A stretch of DNA of 64,000 nt from Muribaculaceae bacterium (GTDB lineage Bacteria > Bacteroidota > Bacteroidia > Bacteroidales > Muribaculaceae): positions 71,921-135,920 of the forward strand of contig JAIDSL010000098.1 in NCBI GenBank assembly GCA_029061255.1. Reading direction: 5' to 3'. The notes beneath the pieces are model-generated. The model did not search any database. It was not told the DNA's origin and saw nothing but the letters and a program-made list of their open reading frames with translations. How positions within the stretch are numbered: position 1 is the stretch's first letter; every line of letters starts with the position of its first letter. Positions 9,243-18,718 of this stretch are shown here, piece by piece. A program made the translations under genes and the position numbers.

Positions 9243-10362
9243 TACTCCGCTGTTTGCTGAGCTTGAAGAAGCCGCTTCCAAAGTGATAAGAAGCGGCTGT
9301 TATCTTCATGGCCCTGAAACGAAGGCTTTCGAGGAGGAACTTGCTGCGCAGTGTGGCGCACGATTCGCGATAGGTGTCAGCAATGGCCTGGATGCATTGC
9401 GATTGATCGTAAGAGGCTATTTGGAGCTCGGGAAGCTTCAGAAAGGAGATGCGGTAATGGTGGCTGCCAACACATATATAGCTACGGTTATCCCCATTAC
9501 AGAATTCGGTCTTGTCCCTGTTTTTGTAGAGCCGGATCCGGACACTATGAACTTCAGCTGGCACGAAGCTTTGCGCATTATTACTGATAATGATGATTTG
9601 GAATCTCCGCTTGATATCCGATGTGCAATTGTCACGCATCTTTACGGCACTCCTTGCTGGGATCGTCACATTGCCGATGAGATGAGAAATAGGGGAATTC
9701 TAATTGTAGAAGACAATGCGCAGTCGATTGGCGCGAAGGCAGCAGAGGTCGGATTTAATGGAGTGGCTTTTACCGGAAACCTTGCTGACGCAGCTGCTTT
9801 CAGCTTCTATCCTACAAAAAATGTAGGTGCTCTCGGTGATGCCGGTGCTGTAGTCACAAACGATCCGATTCTTGCTTCAACAGTGTCGGCTTTGGCAAAC
9901 TACGGTACAGACTACCGATATCATAATCTTTATGCCGGCTTCAACTGTCGCCTCGACGAGTTGCAGGCAGCGATGCTACGTGTGAAGCTTCGTCATCTCG
10001 GCGATGAGATAGCAAGACGCAATGAGATAGCAGAGATATATTCTCGTGAGATTGAAAATCGTATGGTCACTCTTCCGAGAGTTTTTCAGGATATGACACA
10101 GGTATGGCATCAGTATGTGATATTGATACCGGAGGATAAGAGGGATATCCTGCGTGAATACCTTGCCTCCCATGAGGTGCCTACCGATGTGCATTACCCG
10201 GCTCCTCCTTATCTCCAACCTTGCTATGAAGCAGAGTATAATCCCGGTTTTGAGACTCTTTCAGTGAGGCTTGCCAAGAGTTGCATAAGTCTCCCTATTG
10301 CTAATGTCTCTCCTGAGCAGGCAAGGGAAGTAGCCCGAATTATTAATGACTTCAATTTATGA
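9214..10362 (+). CDS. DegT/DnrJ/EryC1/StrS PLP aminotransferase (FdtB-like)
   Basis: GVSNGLDAL, EDNAQSIG, FSFYPTKNVGALGDAG, NCRLDELQAAML; ATG at 9214 overlaps the cupin gene by 29 bp. Confidence 0.9.
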   Translation: MNFLNLAETNTPLFAELEEAASKVIRSGCYLHGPETKAFEEELAAQCGARFAIGVSNGLDALRLIVRGYLELGKLQKGDAVMVAANTYIATVIPITEFGLVPVFVEPDPDTMNFSWHEALRIITDNDDLESPLDIRCAIVTHLYGTPCWDRHIADEMRNRGILIVEDNAQSIGAKAAEVGFNGVAFTGNLADAAAFSFYPTKNVGALGDAGAVVTNDPILASTVSALANYGTDYRYHNLYAGFNCRLDELQAAMLRVKLRHLGDEIARRNEIAEIYSREIENRMVTLPRVFQDMTQVWHQYVILIPEDKRDILREYLASHEVPTDVHYPAPPYLQPCYEAEYNPGFETLSVRLAKSCISLPIANVSPEQAREVARIINDFNL

Positions 10363-11429
10363 CTGATAATAAGAAAAAAAGTAAAAAGACATCATCTGCT
10401 GATCTGGAAAAGAAGAAGCGGATGAAGAGGATTGCTGTGGCATTGTCGGTGCTGTGCTTTTTTGCTGTGGGCGGACTTGCCACATGGACGATTCTTTTTT
10501 CCGGGATGGCTCCATCAAGCGCTATAGTGCGTATCCCGTCAAATGCTTCGAAGGAGCAGCTGAGAGATTCCATATGGAAATATCTTGGTGAGCCTTATGC
10601 GAAGAAAGTTTCTCGTCTCGTTGCTCTTCGAGGTACTGATTTGAATGCTCGGCATGGTGCTTATCTGATTGAGGCAGGCATGAGCCCTCTGGATGCAATG
10701 CGTCGCCTGACAAGTGGCCCTCAGCAACCTCTGACCATCACTATCAATGGCTTCCGTCTTCTTCCGGTGCTCGAGGAGAAAGTTGCAGCTCGTTTTGACT
10801 TCTCTCAAGATTCCATAGCCTCGACGCTGGCGGATGCAGGGCTTCTTAAGGAATATGGTCTGACACCTGAGCAGGCATTAGCCCTTTTCATCAATGACTC
10901 TTATGAATTCTATTGGGATGCTTCTCCCGTTGATGTGGTGAAAAAGATAGGTGCACACTTCAATGATGTCTGGACTCCTGACAGGAAAGCCAAGGCAAAG
11001 GCTCTTGGCTTGTCGCCTGCTGATGTGATGATATTGGCTTCCATCGTCGACGAGGAGTCGAATAAGCTTGATGAGAAGGGAACGATAGGACGTTTATATA
11101 TAAACCGTCTAAACAAGGGTATGCGTCTTGAGGCAGACCCGACAGTGCGTTATGCCGGTGGTGACTTTACGGTTAAGAGGGTCCGAAACCCAAAGGAGGT
11201 AGAGAGTCCTTATAACACCTATCTTCACGCTGGCCTTCCACCGGGCCCAATCCGAACTACTTCGGTAGAGACTATTGATGCCATTTTGAATAGTGCTCCC
11301 CACGATTATATCTTTATGTGTGCAAAAGAAGATTTCTCCGGATACCACAATTTTGCATCTACATATTCCGAGCATAAGGTGAATGCCCGCAGATATAAAC
11401 GCGAACTTGATCGCCGAGGTATTTTTTGA
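10359..11429 (+). CDS. mltG: Endolytic transglycosylase MltG
   Basis: N-terminal TM anchor; LASIVDEE, YINRL..GMRLEADPTV, SPYNTY..GLPPGPI motifs. Confidence 0.93.
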   Translation: MTDNKKKSKKTSSADLEKKKRMKRIAVALSVLCFFAVGGLATWTILFSGMAPSSAIVRIPSNASKEQLRDSIWKYLGEPYAKKVSRLVALRGTDLNARHGAYLIEAGMSPLDAMRRLTSGPQQPLTITINGFRLLPVLEEKVAARFDFSQDSIASTLADAGLLKEYGLTPEQALALFINDSYEFYWDASPVDVVKKIGAHFNDVWTPDRKAKAKALGLSPADVMILASIVDEESNKLDEKGTIGRLYINRLNKGMRLEADPTVRYAGGDFTVKRVRNPKEVESPYNTYLHAGLPPGPIRTTSVETIDAILNSAPHDYIFMCAKEDFSGYHNFASTYSEHKVNARRYKRELDRRGIF

Positions 11430-11486
11430 TAATTATACGTTTTATTTATAGCTCTTCATAAACTTTATCTACATTTGATCAAGGAC

Positions 11487-12710
11487 ATGCGTGACGCACG
11501 ACTTAATCTTTCCCTTTACTTTGTAATGCTCTTTGCTTTTATGGCAGTTCCTTCGTATGCCTCTACGGGCAATCTTCTGCCTGATGAGCTTCGTTGGAGT
11601 CCGACCGTAATTGCGGAAGTGGATGTAGTGGACTCTATCATTCCTGTAGCTCCTGGGTTCTCTCGCTGGGGTACATCTCTTTATGCCGATTCGATACCTG
11701 CCCAAGATGATACCGACCGCAACTGGTGGCATCTGTTTCGTAAAGGGAAGCTCAGTATGAGCGATCCTACGGTGCAATGGCCGAAGTTCCTTGGATTTTG
11801 TGTGAAAGTCTATAATTGGGGCGACCGTGTATTTAGTACGACTGATCCCGACTATGTGGTCGGTACCGGCAAGAAGTGGCGTGCTCGCTTGATAAATGAT
11901 AACTGGGCCAATTCCTATTATATGAAGATCAATCCGCAGTTTAATTCCGTGATGTCTACTCCATTTCATGTGCTGGTTGGTGCTTCCTTGCAATATATGG
12001 CTGTCAGCTACACCTATTCGCTTGACCTATCACATATGATTACAGGAAGCCCTATCAACTATAAAAAACAGGAATTCGGATTCAATTGCGCCCGTTTCAG
12101 TGCTGATGGGTATTATTATTCAAGCAAAGGATCCAACATAAGGACTTTCGGCGATCACAAGGGGCATCTGCGTGAACCATTTTCTGGAATCGACATGACT
12201 ACCTTCGGAATTGATGCCTATTATTTCTTCAACGGATATAAATATTCCCAAGGAGCGGCTTACAATTTCTCAAAGATACAAAAGCAGAGCCAGGGATGCC
12301 TGATGGCAGGATTTGCATATTGCAACCAGAATATCGCTTTTGATTTTGAGAAACTCCCGGCTAATCTTGTACCCTTTCTTAAGTTTGAGCAGCTCTACTA
12401 TAAGTTTCACTATAACGACTACAACCTGCTCATAGGCTATGGCTACAATTGCGTGATAAGTCCACACTGGCTTTACAATATCACCATCATTCCCGGTGTT
12501 GGTTTCAACCACTGTTATGCAGATTCTGAGTCGGGAAGTGCGAAGCTGCTTTCTATCAGTGGCCGCGCGATGACATCTTTCACTTTTAACAGTGGTAACT
12601 GGTTTGCCGGCCTTCAAGGAAGGATAAGAGGTAACTGGTATCAATCAAAGCGTATATCCCTCTTTAATGCAGTGGAGAGTGTTGTCCTCTCCGGAGGCAT
12701 CCGATTTTGA
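11487..12710 (+). CDS. Putative outer-membrane beta-barrel protein (DUF4421-like)
   Basis: Signal peptide; YYFFN..KYSQGAAYNFSKIQKQSQG motif; C-terminal GIRF. Confidence 0.65.
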   Translation: MRDARLNLSLYFVMLFAFMAVPSYASTGNLLPDELRWSPTVIAEVDVVDSIIPVAPGFSRWGTSLYADSIPAQDDTDRNWWHLFRKGKLSMSDPTVQWPKFLGFCVKVYNWGDRVFSTTDPDYVVGTGKKWRARLINDNWANSYYMKINPQFNSVMSTPFHVLVGASLQYMAVSYTYSLDLSHMITGSPINYKKQEFGFNCARFSADGYYYSSKGSNIRTFGDHKGHLREPFSGIDMTTFGIDAYYFFNGYKYSQGAAYNFSKIQKQSQGCLMAGFAYCNQNIAFDFEKLPANLVPFLKFEQLYYKFHYNDYNLLIGYGYNCVISPHWLYNITIIPGVGFNHCYADSESGSAKLLSISGRAMTSFTFNSGNWFAGLQGRIRGNWYQSKRISLFNAVESVVLSGGIRF

Positions 12711-12711
12711 G

Positions 12712-12752
12712 AAAAAAAATTGCCATCCGAATTTCGGATGGCAATTTTTTTT
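12712..12752. terminator. Bidirectional intrinsic terminator
   Basis: A8-TTGCCATCCGAA-T-TTCGGATGGCAA-T8 between convergent genes. Confidence 0.9.
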
Positions 12753-15057
12753 ATTCATGTCTTGGTCCGCGAGGTCCGCGGTCGTTGCCCCCTTCACGGC
12801 GAGGTCCGCGAGGTCCGCGGTCATTGTCGCGGCGAGGGCGGTCGCAGTCACGGCGTGGACGCTCTCCGCGTTCTCCTCTTGGGCGAGCTTCACGCTCTAC
12901 GTATCCTTCCGGTTTCTCTGTCAACGCACGCATTGAAAGACGATATTTGCCGGTCTTCTTGTCGATCTCTATGAGTTTCACCTTCACTGTGTCACCCTCC
13001 TTAAGTCCGGAAGCCTCCATGTTCTCAAGGCGATCCCAGGAAATCTCACTGATGTGGAGAAGTCCGTCGCGGCCGGGCATGAACTCTACAAATGCACCGA
13101 AATCAAGTATTGAGCGCACCTTGCCTTCATAGGTTTCTCCTTCTTCAGGCATAGCCACGATAGCTTTGATCTTTGCGAGAGCAGCGTCGATGCTTGCCTT
13201 GTCTTTTGAGGCAATCTCCACCTTGCCGATGCCGAGCTTTTCGTCTTCATCAATCGAGATTGTGGCTCCGGTCTCTTCCTGGATGCCCTGGATGATCTTA
13301 CCTTGCGGCCCGATCACAGCACCAATCATATCCTTTGGTATCTCGATAGTGACAAGACGTGGAACGTGTGGCTTGTAGTCTTCACGTGCCTCCGGAATAG
13401 CCTCTGCAATCTTGCCGAGGATATGCAGGCGACCCTGACGAGCCTGGTCGAGTGCCTTTGCAAGTATCTCATAGCTGAGACCGTCACACTTGATGTCCAT
13501 CTGGGTGGCGGTGATGCCGTTTTCTGTGCCTGTCACCTTAAAGTCCATGTCGCCAAGGTGGTCTTCATCGCCGAGAATATCGGAGAGTACAGCATATTTT
13601 GTAGCACCCGGATCAGAGATAAGACCCATGGCTACTCCGGCTACCGGGCGCTTCATCTTCACGCCTGCGTCAAGAAGGGCGAGTGTTCCGCCGCATACTG
13701 TAGCCATTGAGGAACTTCCGTTAGACTCAAGGATGTCGCTGACAATACGGCAAGTGTAAGGGAATCCATCGGGGAACATCCTCTTCAGTGCTCTGTGAGC
13801 AAGATTACCGTGTCCTATCTCGCGGCGTCCTACACCACGCTGCGGGCGTGCTTCGCCTGTAGAGAATGGGGGAAAGTTATAGTGGAGAAGGAAGCGTTCC
13901 TTGCTCTGGTTGAGCACGTCATCTACTATCTTCTCGTCGAGAGTGGTGCCGAGAGTTGCAGTCACGAGTGCCTGTGTCTCGCCACGGGTAAATATTGCTG
14001 ATCCGTGAGGTCCGGGGATATAGTCTGTCTCAATCCAGATGGGGCGGATCTCAGTGGTCTTGCGGCCATCGAGGCGGATACCCTCATCGAGCACACAGCG
14101 GCGCATTGCTTCTTTCTCTACATCGTGGTAGTAGCGCTTCACCATAGCTATTCGCTGCTCCTCTGTGTAGTTGGCGAGTTGCTCCTCTGTCATTTCAGGG
14201 AGGGATTCGATATATTCATCGCGAATGGCCTTGAACGACTCGTTGCGCCACTGCTTGTCGGCACTTCCTGTCTTGGCTATTGCATAAGCTTTGTCATAGC
14301 ATTTCTCATGTACGTCTGCGCGGAGTGCGTCATCATTCACCTCATGGCAATATTCACGCTTTGTCTCTTTGCCGGCTTCCTTCATGAGTTCCATCTGTGC
14401 CAGACAGTGCTTCTTGATCTCTTCATGGGCTACCTTGAGGGCTTCGAGAAGTTCAGCTTCGCTCACTTCATTCATTTCCCCTTCCACCATCATGATGTTG
14501 TCGTAGGTGGCTCCTACCATCAGTTCGATGTCGGCTTCCTCAATCTGTGCGAATGTAGGGTTGATCACCCATTCTCCTTTGACGCGAGCCACGCGCACTT
14601 CTGAGATCGGGCCGTTGAAAGGTATGTCGCTGCAGGCAAGGGCTGCTGAGGCTGCTATGCCGGCGAGTGCGTCGGGTGCGTCATTCTCGTCAGCTGAGAA
14701 AAGGGTCACGTTGACGAAAGTCTCTGCATGGTAATTGTCAGGGAAGAGAGGGCGGAGTACGCGGTCTACAAGGCGCGATGTAAGGATTTCATAATCGCTG
14801 GCGCGTCCTTCGCGTTTCAGAAAACCGCCGGGGTAACGTCCGATAGAGGAGTATTTTTCTTTGTATTCTACTGTGAGGGGCATAAAGTCAACCCCCTCGT
14901 TGGCCTCCTGTGCGGAGCAGACGGTAGCGAGAAGCATGGTGTTGCCCATGCGAACTTCCACCGCACCATCTGCCTGTTTGGCGAGTTTGCCGGTTTCTAT
15001 CGTAATAGTGCGGCCGTCGCCCAGCTCAATGGTTTTCTTGATTGGCTGTGGTTTCAT
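12751..15057 (-). CDS. pnp: Polyribonucleotide nucleotidyltransferase (PNPase)
   Basis: [42 protein letters not shown] plus KH and S1 domains; start reassigned to MKPQPIKKT. Confidence 0.97.
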   Translation of the reverse strand: MKPQPIKKTIELGDGRTITIETGKLAKQADGAVEVRMGNTMLLATVCSAQEANEGVDFMPLTVEYKEKYSSIGRYPGGFLKREGRASDYEILTSRLVDRVLRPLFPDNYHAETFVNVTLFSADENDAPDALAGIAASAALACSDIPFNGPISEVRVARVKGEWVINPTFAQIEEADIELMVGATYDNIMMVEGEMNEVSEAELLEALKVAHEEIKKHCLAQMELMKEAGKETKREYCHEVNDDALRADVHEKCYDKAYAIAKTGSADKQWRNESFKAIRDEYIESLPEMTEEQLANYTEEQRIAMVKRYYHDVEKEAMRRCVLDEGIRLDGRKTTEIRPIWIETDYIPGPHGSAIFTRGETQALVTATLGTTLDEKIVDDVLNQSKERFLLHYNFPPFSTGEARPQRGVGRREIGHGNLAHRALKRMFPDGFPYTCRIVSDILESNGSSSMATVCGGTLALLDAGVKMKRPVAGVAMGLISDPGATKYAVLSDILGDEDHLGDMDFKVTGTENGITATQMDIKCDGLSYEILAKALDQARQGRLHILGKIAEAIPEAREDYKPHVPRLVTIEIPKDMIGAVIGPQGKIIQGIQEETGATISIDEDEKLGIGKVEIASKDKASIDAALAKIKAIVAMPEEGETYEGKVRSILDFGAFVEFMPGRDGLLHISEISWDRLENMEASGLKEGDTVKVKLIEIDKKTGKYRLSMRALTEKPEGYVEREARPRGERGERPRRDCDRPRRDNDRGPRGPRREGGNDRGPRGPRHE

Positions 15058-15104
15058 TCTTGCTAAATTTCTTTCTTGTTTTTCGTTTTCTTTGTCGCTT
15101 GTAG

Positions 15105-15149
15105 GCAAAAAAGGCATTGAGCCGCAAAGCTGCTCAATGCCCTTTCTGC
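15105..15149 (-). terminator. Hairpin with U6 tail in the pnp leader (PUL terminator and/or pnp attenuator)
   Basis: Minus strand GCAGAAAGGGCATTGAGC..GCTCAATGCCTTTTTTGC. Confidence 0.6.
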
Positions 15150-15159
15150 GTTCAGGATG

Positions 15160-15191
15160 CAAAGATAATATAAATTATCTGTTTTTCCTAA
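15160..15191 (-). promoter_or_regulatory. pnp promoter
   Basis: TTAG-N20-TATCTTTG on the minus strand. Confidence 0.55.
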
Positions 15192-15231
15192 TTTTCAGCG
15201 GTTTTTCTCTCCGCTTACACCGTATTACTAA

Positions 15232-16899
15232 TTATTTTGCTTTTTTACCCCAGTATGTGGTCCGGTTGCCGAGGCCTGCAAAGACTATAGTGTGTGTCCT
15301 TGGAGATGCCTCCCAGTCGCATTCTCTTGCCAGGTACAGGTCTATGTCGCCGATGGTCAGCACTGATTCATTGGGGTCATAGCTCCACTTCTTTCCTTTC
15401 CATGCGCCATTGCTGACTGTATGGTCTGCCTCAAGTGTCATCATTGTGGATTCCTTCATCTTGGCATAGCTGTAGCTGAGATCGATATGTTCCCATTGTC
15501 CTATGAGTTCTTCTTCGGAAATAGGCACTTTTGGCACAGCTGCGTAGCGTTCCGGCATCACAAGAGGCCATCCATCCTTGGTCCAGCGTATGGCCCTGAC
15601 GTGTCCCATCATGATGGCGTTGTCCCATTCGTTGCCGTAAGAGTTTGCCGGAAGTCGTCCCTGTGATGCGTAATACCAGTTTCCTTCCCCATCATCGAAT
15701 ATGGCACAATGCGATATGCCCACCCATCCGGTGTGTCCTTTGAATTTGTAAGGATGGGTGACGATAGGATAGGCATCTCCACCGTTGGTCACATTTCTGC
15801 CGTCATATCCCATATAGGGACCATCAACATTTGCAGATCTCACTACGCGTGTGTTGTATGGCACGTCAAGTCCGTCATACGCCATGAAAAGATAATAATA
15901 TCCATCGCGGTATATAATCTCGGGACCCTCCGAACCTTGCCAACGATTGTTGTTTTCTCTTGTGTAGATGCGTTTGCCATATTGGGAAATATCTGAGAGT
16001 GTCCCCCATGGCTTTTGGTCGATTGAAGGTTTTCCTGTCTCCGGGTCTACCTGAACAGCTGCGAATCCTGAATGCCAAGACCCGTAGATGAGCCAGTGCT
16101 CACCCTGCTGGTTGATGATGTAGGTGGGGTCGATGGCGTTGTAGCGGTAGTAGCAATTCCCCCAGTCGTTTGGCCTTACATTGAAGTTTAGCCCTTTATC
16201 GGAGGCATTGGTGATCACGTAGCCCTTGTCGACCCATCCGTCGTTGTTGGCAGGATCGCTGTTCTCCATTAGGCCTATGAAGGCTCTTTCTCCCCATGTG
16301 TTGTCGCCATTTATATATCCCGGGCACACAATTGAATAATACATTCTGTAGAGGCCATCTTTGACTTTCCTTACTACAGGTGCCCAATAACCGAATTCGT
16401 TGGTGCTCGGGTTCTTTTCCGGCACTCCCATCTCACTCCTTATCTCGTTGAGCTTAGGGATGACCCAGTCCGGAAGTGTCGGCATTGTGCCGCCGAGATA
16501 TTCCCAGTTGACGAGATCTTTAGATCTTCGGCAGTGGAAATGCCCGTGACCGTCATGTGCATTTCCGAAGGATGCGTCGGTCTGATACATGTAGAAGTAT
16601 CCATCTGAAGCCTTCACCACCGACGGATCATGTATATTGGCAAGGTTCCATTTCGCACGTTGGTCCCATCCGGCAATTTTCCCATAATGGTCAGCATATG
16701 AAGGTGCCGACCAAGCATCCAGTTGTGCCATGTCAGGATTGCCTGAGGGTTGTTCCTCGGGAGGAGTCGGGTCATCTGGAGTTGGCGGAGTCACCGGGAC
16801 TATTGGCTCATCCGGGATGTAGGGTGATTTTTCACCACAGGCGCCCAAAATTAGGACGCCTGCGATTACAAGTTGAGTTAATTTAGATTTTTGTGTCAT
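15232..16899 (-). CDS. GH43 endo-1,5-alpha-L-arabinanase, surface lipoprotein
   Basis: Lipobox LGA-C; HDPS, WAP, NAIDP, YGSWHSG, SEGPEI motifs; C-terminal GH43_C-like domain; last gene of the PUL. Confidence 0.88.
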   Translation of the reverse strand: MTQKSKLTQLVIAGVLILGACGEKSPYIPDEPIVPVTPPTPDDPTPPEEQPSGNPDMAQLDAWSAPSYADHYGKIAGWDQRAKWNLANIHDPSVVKASDGYFYMYQTDASFGNAHDGHGHFHCRRSKDLVNWEYLGGTMPTLPDWVIPKLNEIRSEMGVPEKNPSTNEFGYWAPVVRKVKDGLYRMYYSIVCPGYINGDNTWGERAFIGLMENSDPANNDGWVDKGYVITNASDKGLNFNVRPNDWGNCYYRYNAIDPTYIINQQGEHWLIYGSWHSGFAAVQVDPETGKPSIDQKPWGTLSDISQYGKRIYTRENNNRWQGSEGPEIIYRDGYYYLFMAYDGLDVPYNTRVVRSANVDGPYMGYDGRNVTNGGDAYPIVTHPYKFKGHTGWVGISHCAIFDDGEGNWYYASQGRLPANSYGNEWDNAIMMGHVRAIRWTKDGWPLVMPERYAAVPKVPISEEELIGQWEHIDLSYSYAKMKESTMMTLEADHTVSNGAWKGKKWSYDPNESVLTIGDIDLYLARECDWEASPRTHTIVFAGLGNRTTYWGKKAK

Positions 16900-16920
16900 A
16901 TTGATTCCTTAGTAGAAACT

Positions 16921-18699
16921 TTAGAGTTCCCAGCCGGGAGTCTGGGTAAGACCGATGCGCTGGATCTCAGAGAATGGGATCGGGAAGAAGTAGTTCTTGG
17001 GAGCAGTAAAAGTCTGTCTTGAATATTTTTCTGATTCGCCATAAATATACTTTGTAGATCCGCTCTTGTGGATTGTCACGCCATAGAGGTGATAGAGCTG
17101 CTGATAGTAAGGCAGGTTCTTCTCTGAGTCAAAGGTCTGTTTCTCGAAGAGTTTCCAGCGGCGGCAGTCATAGAAGCGGTGGTCTTCGAAGCAAAGCTCG
17201 ATGCGTCGTTCGTTCTGAATGCGTTCGCGGAGCTGATCCTGGCCTTTGCCTGCATAACTTGGCATTCCAACTCTTGCACGAAGCTGATCGATATATTGGA
17301 TTGCTTCAGATGTCTGTCCTGCCTCATTAAGTGCTTCAGCTGCATTAAGTAGGATCTCCCCGAAGCGGAAGATCGGGCATGCTACGCGCCTGTTTCCGAT
17401 TGTGCCGTCAAAACGGATATTATGCACATATTTCTTACAGTAGTAGCCTGTACAAGTGCCGCCGTTGCCACGTGCATAATCCACACCTTGACCTTCATCG
17501 TCGCTGACATGGTTCATATCAAGTGGACGTGCTTCATCGCTGTCACCCCATACCATGTCGTGATAGAAGATGGTCTGTGCCAAACGTGGGTCACGATTGG
17601 CATATGGGTTCTGTGGGTCGTAGGTGGGATCCTGGTCAATGGGTAGACCATTCTTTGTCTCGTAAGCATCTACGAGATTTTGTGTCGGGTTGCAATATCC
17701 TGTGTTGGAGATGGCACCGGAGAATCCGCAGGGACCATTGAAGAATACAAGGTTCAGTGTAGTCCATACCGAGCGGCTGAGGATATACTCGTTGCTCATC
17801 ACAGGATTTGAAGTGAAGACATCATAGTAGTTCTCTTCAGGGTCATTGGATGATGTGGTGTGCAAGCGATATGGATTGCTACATGCGGAGTTCTTCGAGA
17901 GGAAGTCTGTTGCTGCCTTGGCAGCAGCTGTCCAAAGAGATTTGTCGCCGGTAGGGTTATGAAGGGGGGAAGCCTTGTATAGCAGAGCGCGTGATTTCAG
18001 AGCATATGCAGCAGCTCCATTCACTCTGCCCCAGTTCTCGTCTTCGTTTTGATAACGGAATGGAAGGTTGTCTTTGTACTTGTCCATTTCGTCAGCTACC
18101 CACTGAAGGGCGTCGGCAGCCGGCGTACGCTCTGGAATTGTCATGCCTGGCGATAGGATGATTGGATTGCCGTTCTCATCATCAGCCACGATTGGAATGT
18201 CGCCGAAGTAGCCTATGAGTTCGAAGTGAAGAAGTGCGCGGATCACTCGTGCCTCTGCTATCCAGCGGTCGTAGAGCCTGTTGTCGTCTCCTTTCTTCTC
18301 TGCGTTGCCTACTACACTTTCCTTTGCGTTGGCAATAAACTGGTTGCAGGCACGTATACCGCGGTAGTCATTGTTCCAATAATGCGAGGAAAACCAGTGG
18401 TTGGTCGCATCATAAGCATCGTCCATGATTGAGTGGTAGCGTGCTACGCCCCAGAAGTCGATGGCATTATCGGTCATACAGTCCTGGCTAAGGCGAAATT
18501 GCGTGTCGCTATAGCCCTGGAATGCATCAGGGAGATATTCGTAAAGCTTTGCAAGCGCACCGCGGGTCATGTCATAGTCACCGAATACCATCTCTGACTG
18601 CAGGGTGAGGTCTACCTCCTTGTCGAGGTAGGAGTCGCAGGAAGTGGCGCCAAAAGTGAGCAGTGCGGCTGCGAATATTGCTGATTTATATATTTTCAT
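16921..18699 (-). CDS. SusD/RagB family glycan-binding lipoprotein
   Basis: Lipobox ATS-CDSYLD; RDPRL, LLNAAEALNE, ERRIELCFEDHRFYDCRRW, QTPGW. Confidence 0.93.
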   Translation of the reverse strand: MKIYKSAIFAAALLTFGATSCDSYLDKEVDLTLQSEMVFGDYDMTRGALAKLYEYLPDAFQGYSDTQFRLSQDCMTDNAIDFWGVARYHSIMDDAYDATNHWFSSHYWNNDYRGIRACNQFIANAKESVVGNAEKKGDDNRLYDRWIAEARVIRALLHFELIGYFGDIPIVADDENGNPIILSPGMTIPERTPAADALQWVADEMDKYKDNLPFRYQNEDENWGRVNGAAAYALKSRALLYKASPLHNPTGDKSLWTAAAKAATDFLSKNSACSNPYRLHTTSSNDPEENYYDVFTSNPVMSNEYILSRSVWTTLNLVFFNGPCGFSGAISNTGYCNPTQNLVDAYETKNGLPIDQDPTYDPQNPYANRDPRLAQTIFYHDMVWGDSDEARPLDMNHVSDDEGQGVDYARGNGGTCTGYYCKKYVHNIRFDGTIGNRRVACPIFRFGEILLNAAEALNEAGQTSEAIQYIDQLRARVGMPSYAGKGQDQLRERIQNERRIELCFEDHRFYDCRRWKLFEKQTFDSEKNLPYYQQLYHLYGVTIHKSGSTKYIYGESEKYSRQTFTAPKNYFFPIPFSEIQRIGLTQTPGWEL

Positions 18700-18718
18700 G
18701 ATTGTTTCGGTTATGTGG

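Noticed and set aside
12760-12890. GCGAGGTCCGCG repeats at the pnp 3' end
   Set aside because: They encode the low-complexity R/G/P/E/D tail commonly seen on PNPases
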